From contig NC_086109.1 in assembly GCF_963921235.1 (NCBI RefSeq), positions 4,156,001-4,220,000 on the forward strand: DNA of 64,000 bases, written 5' to 3'. This document shows, piece by piece, positions 12,401 through 23,715 of this stretch. The position numbers and the translations under genes were made by a program. The notes under the pieces are model-generated. The model made no database searches. It was not told where the DNA came from and saw only the letters and a program-made list of their open reading frames with translations. This DNA comes from Mobula hypostoma (taxonomy: Eukaryota). Position 1 is the first letter of the stretch; each line of letters begins with the position of its first letter.

Positions 12401-15400
12401 GTGTGCTGTGTTGGGTAAGGAGTGTGGTGTATTGTTTAAGGAGTGTGGTGTGTTGGGTAAGGAGTGTGGTGTGTTGGGTAAGGAGTGTGGTGTGTTGGGT
12501 AAGGAGTGTGGTGTGTTGGGTAAGGAGTGTGGTGTATTGGCTAAGGAGTGTGGTGTGTTGGGTAAGGAGTGTGGTGTGTTGTTTAAGGAGTGTGGTGTGT
12601 TGGGTAAGGAGTGTGGTGTGTTGGGTAAGGAGTGTGGTGTGTTGTTTAAGGAGTGTGGTGTGTTGTTTAAGGAGTGTGGTGTGTTGGGTAAGGAGTGTGG
12701 TGTGTTGGGTAAGGAGTGTGGTGTATTGTTTAAGGAGTGTGCTGTGTTGGGTAAGGAGTGTGGTGTGTTGTTTAAGGAGTGTGCTGTGTTGGGTAAGGAG
12801 TGTGGTGTATTGTTTAAGGAGTGTGGTGTGTTGGGTAAGGAGTGTGGTGTGTTGTTTAAGGAGTGTGCTGTGTTGGGTAAGGAGTGTGCTGTGTTGGGTA
12901 AGGAGTGTGGTGTATTGGGTAAGGAGTGTGGTGTGTTGTTTAAGGAGTGTGCTGTGTTGGGTAAGGAGTGTGGTGTGTTGGGTAAGGAGTGTGCTGTGTT
13001 GGGTAAGGAGTGTGGTGTGTTGGGTAAGGAGTGTGGTGTGTTGTTTAAGGAGTGTGCTGTGTTGGGTAAGGAGTGTGCTGTGTTGGCTATGGAGTGTGCT
13101 GTGTTGGGTAAGGAGTGTGGTGTGTTGGGTAAGGAGTGTGGTGTGTTGTTTAAGGAGTGTGCTGTGTTGGGTAAGGAGTGTGCTGTGTTGGCTATGGAGT
13201 GTGCTGTGTTGGGTAAGGAGTGTGGTGTATTGTTTAAGGAGTGTGCTGTGTTGGGTAAGGAGTGTGCTGTGTTGGGTAAGGAGTGTGCTGTGTTGTTTAA
13301 GGAGTGTGGTGTGTTGGGTAAGGAGTGTGGTGTGTTGGCTAAGGAGTGTGCTGTGTTGTTTAAGGAGTGTGCTGTGTTGGGTAAGGAGTGTGGTGTGTTG
13401 TTTAAGGAGTGTGGTGTGTTGGGTAAGGAGTGTGGTGTGTTGTTTAAGGAGTGTGGTGTGTTGTTTAAGGAGTGTGGTGTGTTGGGTAAGGAGTGTGGTG
13501 TATTGTTTAAGGAGTGTGGTGTGTTGGCTAAGGAGTGTGGTGTATTGTTTAAGGAGTGTGGTGTATTGGCTAAGGAGTGTGGTGTGTTGGGTAAGGAGTG
13601 TGGTGTGTTGGGTAAGGAGTGTGCTGTGTTGGCTAAGGAGTGTGGTGTATTGTTTAAGGAGTGTGGTGTGTTATTTAAGGAGTGTGCTGTGTTGTTTAAG
13701 GAGTGTGCTGTGTTGGGTAAGGAGTGTGGTGTATTGTTTAAGGAGTGTGCTGTGTTGGGTAAGGAGTGTGCTGTGTTGGGTAAGGAGTGTGCTGTGTTGG
13801 GTAAGGAGTGTGGTGTGTTGGGTAAGGAGTGTGGTGTGTTGTTTAAGGAGTGTGGTGTATTGTTTAAGGAGTGTGCTGTGTTGGGTAAGGAGTGTGCTGT
13901 GTTGTTTAAGGAGTGTGCTGTGTTGGGTAAGGAGTGTGGTGTATTGTTTAAGGAGTGTGGTGTGTTGGGTAAGGAGTGTGCTGTGTTGGGTAAGGAGTGT
14001 GGTGTGTTGGCTAAGGAGTGTGCTGTGTTGGGTAAGGAGTGTGGTGTGTTGGGTAAGGAGTGTGGTGTGTTGGGTAAGGAGTGTGCTGTGTTGGGTAAGG
14101 AGTGTGGTGTGTTGGCTAAGGAGTGTGCTGTGTTGGGTAAGGAGTGTGGTGTGTTGGGTAAGGAGTGTGGTGTATTGGGTAAGGAGTGTGGTGTGTTGTT
14201 TAAGGAGTGTGCTGTGTTGGGTAAGGAGTGTGGTGTGTTGTTTAAGGAGTGTGGTGTGTTGGGTAAGGAGTGTGGTGTGTTGTTTAAGGAGTGTGGTGTG
14301 TTGTTTAAGGAGTGTGGTGTGTTGGGTAAGGAGTGTGGTGTATTGGCTAAGGAGTGTGGTGTGTTGGGTAAGGAGTGTGGTGTGTTGGGTAAGGAGTGTG
14401 GTGTGTTGGCTAAGGAGTACGGTGTATTGGGTAAGGAGTGTGGTGTGTTATTTAAGGAGTGTGCTGTGTTGTTTAAGGAGTGTGCTGTGTTGGGTAAGGA
14501 GTGTGGTGTATTGTTTAAGGAGTGTGCTGTGTTGGGTAAGGAGTGTGCTGTGTTGTTTAAGGAGTGTGGTGTGTTGGGTAAGGAGTGTGGTGTGTTGTTT
14601 AAGGAGTGTGGTGTGTTGGGTAAGGAGTGTGGTGTGTTGGGTAAGGAGTGTGGTGTGTTGGCTAAGGAGTACGGTGTATTGGGTAAGGAGTGTGGTGTGT
14701 TATTTAAGGAGTGTGCTGTGTTGTTTAAGGAGTGTGCTGTGTTGGGTAAGGAGTGTGGTGTATTGTTTAAGGAGTGTGCTGTGTTGGGTAAGGAGTGTGC
14801 TGTGTTGTTTAAGGAGTGTGCTGTGTTGGGTAAGGAGTGTGGTGTATTGTTTAAGGAGTGTGGTGTGTTGGGTAAGGAGTGTGCTGTGTTGGGTAAGGAG
14901 TGTGGTGTGTTGGGTAAGGAGTGTGGTGTGTTGTTTAAGGAGTGTGCTGTGTTGGGTAAGGAGTGTGCTGTGTTGGGTAAGGAGTGTGGTGTATTGGGTA
15001 AGGAGTGTGGTGTGTTGTTTAAGGAGTGTGGTGTGTTGGGTAAGGAGTGTGGTGTGTTGTTTAAGGAGTGTGCTGTGTTGGGTAAGGAGTGTGCTGTGTT
15101 GGGTAAGGAGTGTGGTGTGTTGGGTAAGGAGTGTGGTGTGTTGGGTAAGGAGTGTGGTGTGTTGTTTAAGGAGTGTGGTGTGTTGGGTAAGGAGTGTGGT
15201 GTGTTGGCTAAGGAGTACGGTGTATTGGGTAAGGAGTGTGGTGTGTTATTTAAGGAGTGTGCTGTGTTGTTTAAGGAGTGTGCTGTGTTGGGTAAGGAGT
15301 GTGGTGTATTGTTTAAGGAGTGTGCTGTGTTGGGTAAGGAGTGTGCTGTGTTGTTTAAGGAGTGTGCTGTGTTGGGTAAGGAGTGTGGTGTATTGTTTAA

Positions 15401-17051
15401 GGAGTGTGCTGTGTTGGGTAAGGAGTGTGCTGTGTTGGGTAAGGAGTGTGCTGTGTTGTTTAAGGAGTGTGCTGTGTTGGGTAAGGAGTGTGGTGTATTG
15501 TTTAAGGAGTGTGGTGTGTTGGGTAAGGAGTGTGCTGTGTTGTTTAAGGAGTGTGCTGTGTTGGGTAAGGAGTGTGCTGTGTTGTTTAAGGAGTGTGCTG
15601 TGTTGTTTAAGGAGTGTGGTGTGTTGGCTATGGAGTGTGCTGTGTTGGGTAAGGAGTGTGCTGTGTTGGGTAAGGAGTGTGGTGTATTGTTTAAGGAGTG
15701 TGCTGTGTTGGGTAAGGAGTGTGCTGTGTTGGGTAAGGAGTGTGGTGTGTTGGGTAAGGAGTGTGGTGTGTTGGCTAAGGAGTGTGCTGTGTTGGGTAAG
15801 GAGTGTGCTGTGTTGGGTAAGGAGTGTGGTGTATTGTTTAAGGAGTGTGCTGTGTTGGGTAAGGAGTGTGCTGTGTTGGGTAAGGAGTGTGGTGTGTTGG
15901 GTAAGGAGTGTGGTGTGTTGGCTAAGGAGTGTGCTGTGTTGGGTAAGGAGTGTGGTGTGTTGTTTAAGGAGTGTGGTGTGTTGGGTAAGGAGTGTGGTGT
16001 GTTGTTTAAGGAGTGTGGTGTGTTGGGTAAGGAGTGTGGTGTGTTGGGTAAGGAGTGTGGTGTGTTGGGTAAGGAGTGTGGTGTGTTGGCTAAGGAGTAC
16101 GGTGTATTGGGTAAGGAGTGTGGTGTGTTATTTAAGGAGTGTGCTGTGTTGTTTAAGGAGTGTGCTGTGTTGGGTAAGGAGTGTGGTGTATTGTTTAAGG
16201 AGTGTGGTGTGTTGGGTAAGGAGTGTGGTGTGTTGGGTAAGGAGTGTGGTGTGTTGGCTAAGGAGTACGGTGTATTGGGTAAGGAGTGTGCTGTGTTGTT
16301 TAAGGAGTGTGGTGTGTTATTTAAGGAGTGTGCTGTGTTGGGTAAGGAGTGTGGTGTGTTGGGTAAGGAGTGTGGTGTGTTGTTTAAGGAGTGTGCTGTG
16401 TTGGGTAAGGAGTGTGGTGTATTGTTTAAGGAGTGTGGTGTGTTGGCTAAGGAGTGTGCTGTGTTGGGTAAGGAGTGTGGTGTGTTGTTTAAGGAGTGTG
16501 CTGTGTTGGGTAAGGAGTGTGGTGTGTTGTTTAAGGAGTGTGGTGTGTTGGGTAAGGAGTGTGGTGTGTTGTTTAAGGAGTGTGCTGTGTTGGGTAAGGA
16601 GTGTGGTGTGTTGTTTAAGGAGTGTGGTGTGTTGGGTAAGGAGTGTGGTGTGTTGTTTAAGGAGTGTGGTGTGTTGTTTAAGGAGTGTGGTGTGTTGTTT
16701 AAGGAGTGTGGTGTGTTGGGTAAGGAGTGTGGTGTGTTGTTTAAGGAGTGTGGTGTGTTGTTTAAGGAGTGTGCTGTGTTGGGTAAGGAGTGTGGTGTGT
16801 TGGGTAAGGAGTGTGGTGTGTTGGGTAAGGAGTGTGGTGTGTTGGGTAAGGAGTGTGGTGTGTTGGCTAAGGAGTACGGTGTATTGGGTAAGGAGTGTGG
16901 TGTGTTATTTAAGGAGTGTGCTGTGTTGTTTAAGGAGTGTGCTGTGTTGGGTAAGGAGTGTGGTGTATTGTTTAAGGAGTGTGGTGTGTTGGGTAAGGAG
17001 TGTGGTGTGTTGTTTAAGGAGTGTGGTGTGTTGTTTAAGGAGTGTGGTGTG
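9330..17051. repeat. 21-bp minisatellite, ~368 units (7.7 kb), with variant-unit higher-order structure
   Basis: Same unit as 3257-4154; (17037-9330)/21 = 367 full units plus a partial one; register unbroken (single 2578-aa KECGVL[G/F/A] frame). Confidence 0.99.
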
Positions 17052-17660
17052 CTATAAAGAAGGCAAGGGAGCAGCTACATTATTAGGAGTTTGAAGAGAT
17101 TCGGCATGTCAACAAATACACTCAAAAACTTCTCAAGTTGTACTTTGAAGGGCATTCTGACAGGCTGCATCACTGTCTGGTATGGAGGCGTTGCTGCACA
17201 GGACTCAAAGAAGCTGCAGAGAGTTGTAAATTTAGATAGCTCCGTCTTGGTTACTAGCCTACAAAGTACCCAGGACATCTTTAGGGAGCGGTGTCTCAGA
17301 AACGCAGCGTCCATTATTAAGGACATCCAGCACCCAGGGCAGGCCCTTTTCTCACTGTTTCCGTCAGATAGGAGGTACAGAAGCCTGAAGGCACACACTC
17401 AGTGATTCAGGAACAGCTTCTTCCTCTCTGCCATCCGATTCCTAAATGGACATTGAAGCTTTGGGCACTATCTCACTTTTTTAATATGCAGTATTTCTGT
17501 TTTTGCACGTTTTTAATCTATTCAATATACGTAATTGATTTACTTATTTATTTATTATTTTTTTCTCTCTGTTAGGTTATGTATTGCATTGAACTGCTGC
17601 TGCTAAGTTAACAAATTTCACGTCACATGCCGGTGATAATAAACCTGATTCCGATTCTAT
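17052..17660 (+). mobile_element. Rex1/Babar-type LINE 3' end
   Basis: IKKA.., KRFGMSTNTLKNF..C..GILTGCITVWYG..KKLQRVV..RCLRNAASIIKD..HPG.ALFSL..S.RRYRSL; tail AATAAACCTGATTCCGATTCT. Confidence 0.92.
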
Positions 17661-17689
17661 GTTTTATGTTCAGTGTCTTGTGTTCTGCG

Positions 17690-18220
17690 GAAACAACAGG
17701 AATTCTGCAGATGCTGGAAATTCAAGCAACACACATCAAAGTTGCTGGTGAACGCAGCAGGTCAGGCAGCATCTCTAGGAAGAGGCGCAGTCGACGTTTC
17801 ATGCCTCCAACCTGATGGCATGAACATCGACTTCTCTAACTTCCGCTAAGGCCCCACCTCCCCCTTGTACCCCATCTGTTACTTATTTTTATGCACACAT
17901 TCTTTCTCTCACTCTCCATTTTCTCCCTCTGTCCCTCTGAATATACCTCTTGCCCATCCTCTGGGCCCCGCCCCCCCGCCTTGTCTTTCTTCCCGGACCT
18001 CCTGTCCCATGATCCTCTCATATCCCCTTTTGCCTATCACCTGTCCAGCTCTCGGCTCCATCCCTCCCCCTCCTGTCTTCTCCTATCATTTTGCATCTCC
18101 CCCTCCCCCTCCAACTTTCAAATCCCTTACTCACTCTTCCTTCAGTTAGTCCTGACGAAGGGTCTCGGCCTGAAACGTCGACTGTACCTCTTCCTACAGA
18201 TGCTGCCTGGCCTGCTGTGT
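17690..18220 (+). mobile_element. Penelope-like element 3' end with inverted terminal segment
   Basis: 17803 onward encodes LQPDGMNIDFSNFR* (end of the GIY-YIG ORF seen at 36229..36552); 17751-17801 is the reverse complement of 18171-18220. Confidence 0.88.
18147..18185 (+). ncRNA. Minimal type I hammerhead ribozyme motif (Penelope-associated)
   Basis: AGTC-CTGACGA-AGGGTCTCGGCCT-GAAAC-GTC-GACT: CUGANGA and GAAA cores, stem II AGG/CCT, stem I AGTC/GACT, GUC triplet. Confidence 0.75.
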
Positions 18221-18304
18221 TCTGCTGTCTACGTTCTGTGTTCTGTGTTCTGTGCAATTTAACCAACTAGCCGCTGTTGCTAAAACTGTCCTTCGTCTTT
18301 CAAG

Positions 18305-18493
18305 GACGAGGAAGCGGATGCACGGGATCACGACAGCATATATTTCTCTGCCGCTTCGGAAGGCCAATCCGATAAGCCTAAACAGAACGGCGAAGCCCAG
18401 GAGAAGGGAGAGAGCAGCAAGGACGCTGCGAGTGCAGAACCGGGGGAGAAGCAAGCGAAGAAAGGGAAAGAGGAGGGAGACACGGAGCTCTAG
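18305..18493 (+). CDS. CD34: Terminal coding exon of a host gene, CD34/sialomucin-like cytoplasmic tail (DEEADARDHDSIYFSAASEGQSDKPKQNGEAQEKGESSKDAASAEPGEKQAKKGKEEGDTEL*)
   Basis: Acceptor CTGTCCTTCGTCTTTCAAG at 18286-18304; 62 open codons in phase 0 to TAG 18491-18493; non-repetitive and CpG-retaining. C-terminal DTEL PDZ motif and phase-0 last intron match CD34; NGEAQEKG resembles CD34 NRGAQENG. The exon is well supported; the gene identity is tentative. Confidence 0.5.
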   Translation, partial: DEEADARDHDSIYFSAASEGQSDKPKQNGEAQEKGESSKDAASAEPGEKQAKKGKEEGDTEL

Positions 18494-19823
18494 AGCAAGG
18501 GGTCAGATCTCACGGAAGGTACTATACGTCTGGCTAAAGGAACTCGGCATAAAGCATTGGATTTGAAAACAGCATTCAAACACTAGCTCACAAAGAGTTA
18601 GAGTAAGTATGGTTCAGTTTGCGATCTAGTGGAAGATGCCTTCACTTAGAGAGCTGGTGGAGGTACTCATTCTGAACAGAAAATAACTCACCTGGTGATT
18701 GCGCGGAGTCTATCTGATCGGTGGAGTGTTTACCTATCACCAGTGGTGAAATCTCCCCTTGCCCATCACTCCCAACCCCAGTTCCATAGGCTTATTTACA
18801 GAACGCACCATTCATACACTCATCCTCCTGGACACGCACAACAGTGGAAGACAAACGGGCCACTGAGACCGTGTTCCCGACAAGCTCGTTATGTGTCCGA
18901 TCCACGTGGATCGTCGAGGGGTAGTCGCAGGCTGAATCAGCCTGGTTCCCTTTCCGCTCCTGCAGGACCCGACGCGAGACAGCTCCACGGTTCCGAAGCC
19001 ACAAGATCACTCTGCCTGGTAGATTCATGGACACGGCGGTGGGGTGGGGGGGGGGGGGTATTTCCTTCTCGCTTGTTAATACTCTGGACCGTCAAGGTGT
19101 GCCTGTCACCCCTGGTGACTAACGGGAGAATGTCGCCGCAGTAGGACACGACCTGCATCTGCCGGGCGCTGCAACCTTCTCCCTCCAGCTCCAGGCTGCC
19201 ACACGTGTCGTTAGATTCTCAGTTGGGAAGCGGGGACGAAGTTGGGAAGTGTCCAAAGTGAAAGCTGACACGATGAGGAAGGATCATGCTAACACATTGA
19301 CCCAAGAGTCGATCTCCGTCAGAGGCACAAGGCTGGGGCTGCCCCCTTCACCAGCCGCCCCTGGAACGGACGTTCCGTGTGCGCAGTGACAGCGGCAGGA
19401 GGCGCCCTGGTGTGTTCACTGGCTGCACGGTCACTGAAATAGCACCGGGAACAAGGGACAATATCCTCAATCCCTCCTCTCTCCCTCAGTCTATCCTCTG
19501 TCGCTCTCTTCCCTGAGTCCCTCGTCACCCACTCTCCCCCCTCAGTCTATCTTCCCTCACCCTCCTCCCCCGGCCTCCTCCTCCTTCGCGTTTCTCGTGG
19601 GGGACGGGGTGGACTTCTGCACTTGCCGAGGAACCGGAGCTGCGGTGACTGTGGCCCAGGCCCCGGAGGGCTCCCAAACCCAAAGCCCAAGGTCTTCCCT
19701 TTCAGACAAACTGCCCTACAGACAGCTGGTCTTGTTCTGATAACGGACCTATAGTACCAGATCCCTGTGAACAGCGGCTTGATCTACAAACTCCTGCTGG
19801 GAGTGTTAGAACATCCTGTAAAT

Positions 19824-19903
19824 CAGGGGTTGCCAGCCTGGGAGCCACAGACCCCTCGGCTAATGGTAGGGGTCCGCGGCATAATAAAGGTTGGGAACCC
19901 CTG
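19824..19903. mobile_element. 80-bp hAT-like MITE with perfect 8-bp TSD
   Basis: TIRs CAGGGGTTGCCAGCC / GGTTGGGAACCCCTG; TSD CTGTAAAT at 19816-19823 and 19904-19911. Confidence 0.9.
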
Positions 19904-20510
19904 CTGTAAATGATTAATTTCAGATCATCAAATTAGAATGTTGTAGATGTAGATACTGGCTAATTTAATGATCACCGTGTATTTCTCCTTTTTCTGCTAA
20001 TTCTGCACCATGCGACCACAGGACCATAGATCCAGCAACTCACTGTATGGATGGGAGGCGTGGGCTGGTTGCTGTGTCAATGGCATGTGTTTAAATACAA
20101 TGACTTTGGCTACTCGAGAAAAACTAAAGTAAAACTCACGTTCTAACTTCTCAAACTTTCCTGCAAAGGTTATCTATCTCCTGAGGTCCTGTTTGATTAT
20201 TGAACTGTGTAAATGACTGAAACTTGTAATAACACACCACTAAACTCTGATCTTCCGGCCACAATATAAGCTGGTAAAATATGACATGCAGTGTTGCATT
20301 TTTATTCAGTCTGAGTGCTTTGAAATATGTTAAATGCTTGTTTTTGATTAAAAAATGACAAAACAATAGTTGGAGAAAATACCTCGTGTGTAAGCACGCG
20401 GTAACCATATTGTCTCATCTTACAGTTTCTCTGGGTATTAAATGCCCCTGGGGGAGGTACCCAGAACATTCTAATGTTGTCTTATAAATGTGAATTGTAC
20501 TTTAAACAGA

Positions 20511-20516
20511 AATAAA
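20511..20516 (+). terminator. Candidate polyadenylation signal
   Basis: AATAAA at the end of the TE-poor region, with downstream T-rich element. Confidence 0.45.
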
Positions 20517-20634
20517 GTTCTCTGAAATAATTTATATTGCACTTTGGATTGACTATTGAATCCTTGTTCTTGAAGAGTAAGCAGACTTGAACAGATTTAC
20601 CAGGTGAATTCTCCTAGGAGAATATAGATGTCAC

Positions 20635-20925
20635 CAAGATTGGGCGTGCAGTGGGCAGTGAGGAAGACTACCATGGCTTGTAGTGGGATCTACAGCTGGA
20701 CAGCTAGGCTGAAAATGGCAGATGGAATTTAATGCCGACAAGTGCAAGGTGTTGCATTTCAGTAGGATCACCCAGGGTCGGTCTTACACAATGAACAGTG
20801 GGGCACTGAGGAGTGCGGTGGAACGAAGAGATCTGGGAATGCAAGTCCTTAGTTCATTGAAAATGGCTTCACAGGTGGATAGGGTGGTAAAGAAAGCTTT
20901 TGGCACATTGGTCTTTATAAATCAA
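20635..20925 (+). mobile_element. CR1 RT fragment
   Basis: MEFNADKCKVLHF...RDLGMQV.SSLKMASQVDRVVKKAFGTLVFI. Confidence 0.9.
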
Positions 20926-21477
20926 AGGCTCCTGTACGTCCTTCTCAATGGTAGCAGCAGGAAGAGAGCCTGGCTTGGATGGCGAGTGTCCTTGGTGGTG
21001 GATGCTACATTCTGATGGCAGGGCTCCACGTAAATGTGCCCTGTGGCGGATAGGGCTCTGCTTGTGGATCTGGAAGGCGAGACATTCCTTCCCCTCTCCC
21101 CATCCCCCCAGAGGCCAAGAGGACTGAGTCCAGCCCAGGAGCGGGACTGGGGCTGAGGGCCGGTCCACCAGCCAGACACCTCATCAGCTAAATGAAAGTG
21201 GGATTCCAGAGCAGGGAAACTCTGTTGTAACGTCTCAGCAACTAGCGTTGGGAAACATGGCTTACTGTGAAGCACTAACATTGCCCAGTGGTCACAGTAA
21301 TGTGACTCCTCATGCTAAATATAATTCGGAACGAAGTAGATGGGCTGAATGGCCTGTTTCTGTACTGTAGTTATCTATGACTATAGGCTCATAGAGTTGT
21401 AGAAAAGTACAAGATAGAAATAGGCCCTTTGGCCCATCTAGTCCATGCTGAACCATTTAAACTGCCTACTCACGTCA

Positions 21478-23160
21478 TCCTGTACCTTTTTCCTGATGGC
21501 AGCAGTGAGATAGGACATGGCCTGGACAATGGGGTCCTTGACGATGGATGCTGCTTTCTTGTGACAGTGCTCCGTCTGGATGTGCCCAGTAGTGTGGAGG
21601 GCTGTGCCTGTGATGGACTGGGCTGCATCCACTACTTCTTTGTACAATATTCCGTTCAAGGGTATTGGGGTTTCCATACCAGGCTGTAATACAACCAGTC
21701 AATATACATCTATAGAAGTTTGCCAAAGTTTTGGACAAAGTGCCGAAACTTTGCAAACTGCTAAGAAAGTGGAGGTGCTGCCGTGCCTTCTTCATAACAG
21801 CACTTACGTGCTGGAACCAGGACAGATCGTCTAAAGTGATAACATAGAACATAGAATAGTACAGCACAGTACAGGCCCTTCGGCCCACATTGCTGTACCG
21901 ACCCTCAAACCCTGCCTCCCATATAAGCCCCCACCTTAAATTCCTCCATATACCTGTCTAGTAGTCCCTCAAATTTCACTAGTGTATCTGCCTCCACCAC
22001 TGACTCAGGCAGTGCATTCCACGCACCAATCACTCTCAGAGTAAAAAACCTTCCTCTAATATCCCCCTTGAACTTCCCACCCCTTACCTTAAAGCCATGT
22101 CCTCTTGTATTGAGCAGTGGGGCCCTGGGGAAGAGGCGCTGGCTATCCACTCCATCTATTCCTCTTAATATCTTGAGGAATTTAAGATTGCTGACCCTCT
22201 CCAACTCTGATCCCCCGATGAGGACTGGGCTCATGACCTCCAGTTTTCTACTTCTGAAGTCAACTATCATCTCCTTGGTCTTGCAGACATTGAGTGAAAG
22301 GTTGTTGCCAACCCACACTGACTGGGGTCTGCAGGTGAGGAGGATCCAGGTGCACAAGGAGGTATTGAGGCCTACATGTTGGAGCTTATTGATTAGTTTT
22401 GAGGGGATGATGGTATTGAATGGTGAGCTGTAGTCAATAAAGAGCACCCTACGGCATCCAGATGTTTCAGGGTTGAGTTAAGAGCTGGTGGAATGGCACT
22501 TACTGATGATCTGTTGTGACAGTAGGCATATTTGAGTGATCCAGGTCATTTCCCAAGCATGAGTTGATATGCTTCATCACCAACATCTCAAAGCATTTCA
22601 TCACAGTGGATGTAAGTGCTACTGGACGACAGTCATTGAAGCTGGTAACCAAAGTTTTCCTCTTGCACTGGTATAATTGAAGACTACTTGAAGTAGGTGT
22701 GTGCTTCAGATTGCTGAAGCGAGAGGTTAAAGATATTGGCGAACACTCCAGCCGGTCGATCAGCACAGGTCAACACTACTCAGTTAGGTATCCTGCCCAC
22801 CCTCCTGACGGATGCTCTCACATTGTTCTCGGAGATTAAAATCGCACAGTCATCGAGTGCTGTGGGAGCTAGTGAAGATGCCTCCATGTTTGACGGCCAA
22901 TGCAAGCATGAAAGGCATCGAGCTCATCTGGGAGCAAAGCTGTGAGTCACCTATGTTGCTTGGAGTCACTTGGTAGGAGCATTCAACCCTGCCACGGCTG
23001 ACCAGTATCCCTCAGTGATTCACGTTTGGTCTAGATTCTCCAGTCTGCACCTGAGATCGTTTTCCAGAGACCTCTTGCATTTTACGTGGTCGCCAGACCT
23101 GAATGTCTCTGATCTGGTCCTCAGCAGTTTGCAGATCTCATGGTTCATCCAGGGCTTCTG
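21478..23160 (-). mobile_element. Rex1/Babar-type LINE RT region (decayed), interrupted by a CR1 3' end
   Basis: [49 protein letters not shown] and KKARQHLHFL motifs on the minus strand. Confidence 0.9.
21841..22172 (-). mobile_element. Young CR1 3' end nested in Rex1-type LINE
   Basis: [30 protein letters not shown]..., (TTCTATG)n tail; nearly the same as ~51540-51866. Confidence 0.92.
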
Positions 23161-23309
23161 GGTTTTTATTTGCAGGATTTGTCTTCATTTGCCCATTGGT
23201 TGTTTGCTAGTCTTTTGTTTATGTATAGTTTTTTATAAATTCTATTGTATTTCTATATTGTAAATGCCAGCAAAGAAAATGAAACCCATAGTGACATATA
23301 CGTACTCAG

Positions 23310-23715
23310 CTCCAAGAGGAGCACAAGCTTGTCGTTGTTTGAAGGCTTGTGACTCTCAGTGAGTTATGTGGGCTGGAGTCAGGGCTTTATGCTTTGGCTC
23401 TTGGTATGGTCACTCATGCCAAACAGGTCAAATGGTAGAGGCCAGACTAAGAGTGGTCCACCGATCCCCCAGGTTCAGGGGTTCACAACCCTGACTAGTC
23501 ACACAAACTGTTACGAAAACAGCAATGAAGAATCCTTCTACATCTGAGTGTGAGGGTATTCCTGAGTCTCCACCTGGGACTTGCGTGACTCACAGTGGTG
23601 AAAACCGAGAGGAAGCTACTGACATGATGAAGGAAGCCCTGAACACCACCAGAGACGGAGGACGTGCATTGCTGCCCGAAACGCCAGTGGCATAATGGGA
23701 AGTTAGTAAGTAAGT
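23310..23715 (+). mobile_element. Short RTE-derived non-autonomous retroelement
   Basis: RTE-like 5' segment (CTTGTCGT...GGTCA..CATG...GAGGCCAGACTAAGAGTGGTCCAC) joined to a 3' end with (TAAG)n tail. Confidence 0.55.

Larger units (their letters stand above)
18494..20535 (+). other. Probable 3'UTR of the DTEL-ending gene
   Basis: ~2 kb almost TE-free stretch after the stop, becoming AT-rich; AATAAA at 20511-20516 followed by T/GT-rich sequence, after which TE density resumes. Confidence 0.55.

Noticed and set aside
9321..17094. 2578-aa (KECGVLG)n and 2088-aa (RSVVCWV)n ORFs as giant Cys-rich proteins
   Set aside because: A 21-bp unit with no stop in a given frame is automatically open. Several frames on both strands are open, the start lies in a decayed CR1, and there is no promoter or splice context.
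18252..18566. Arg/Lys-rich 104-aa ORF (protamine-like)
   Set aside because: Alternative frame over the purine-rich DTEL exon; non-ATG start in the intron.
18792..19034. 80-aa minus-strand ORF MSMNLPGRV...
   Set aside because: No recognisable family; lies antisense within the probable 3'UTR.
21905..22447. 180-aa RT-like ORF
   Set aside because: Chance in-frame chimera of a Rex1-type fragment and a nested CR1 3' end.
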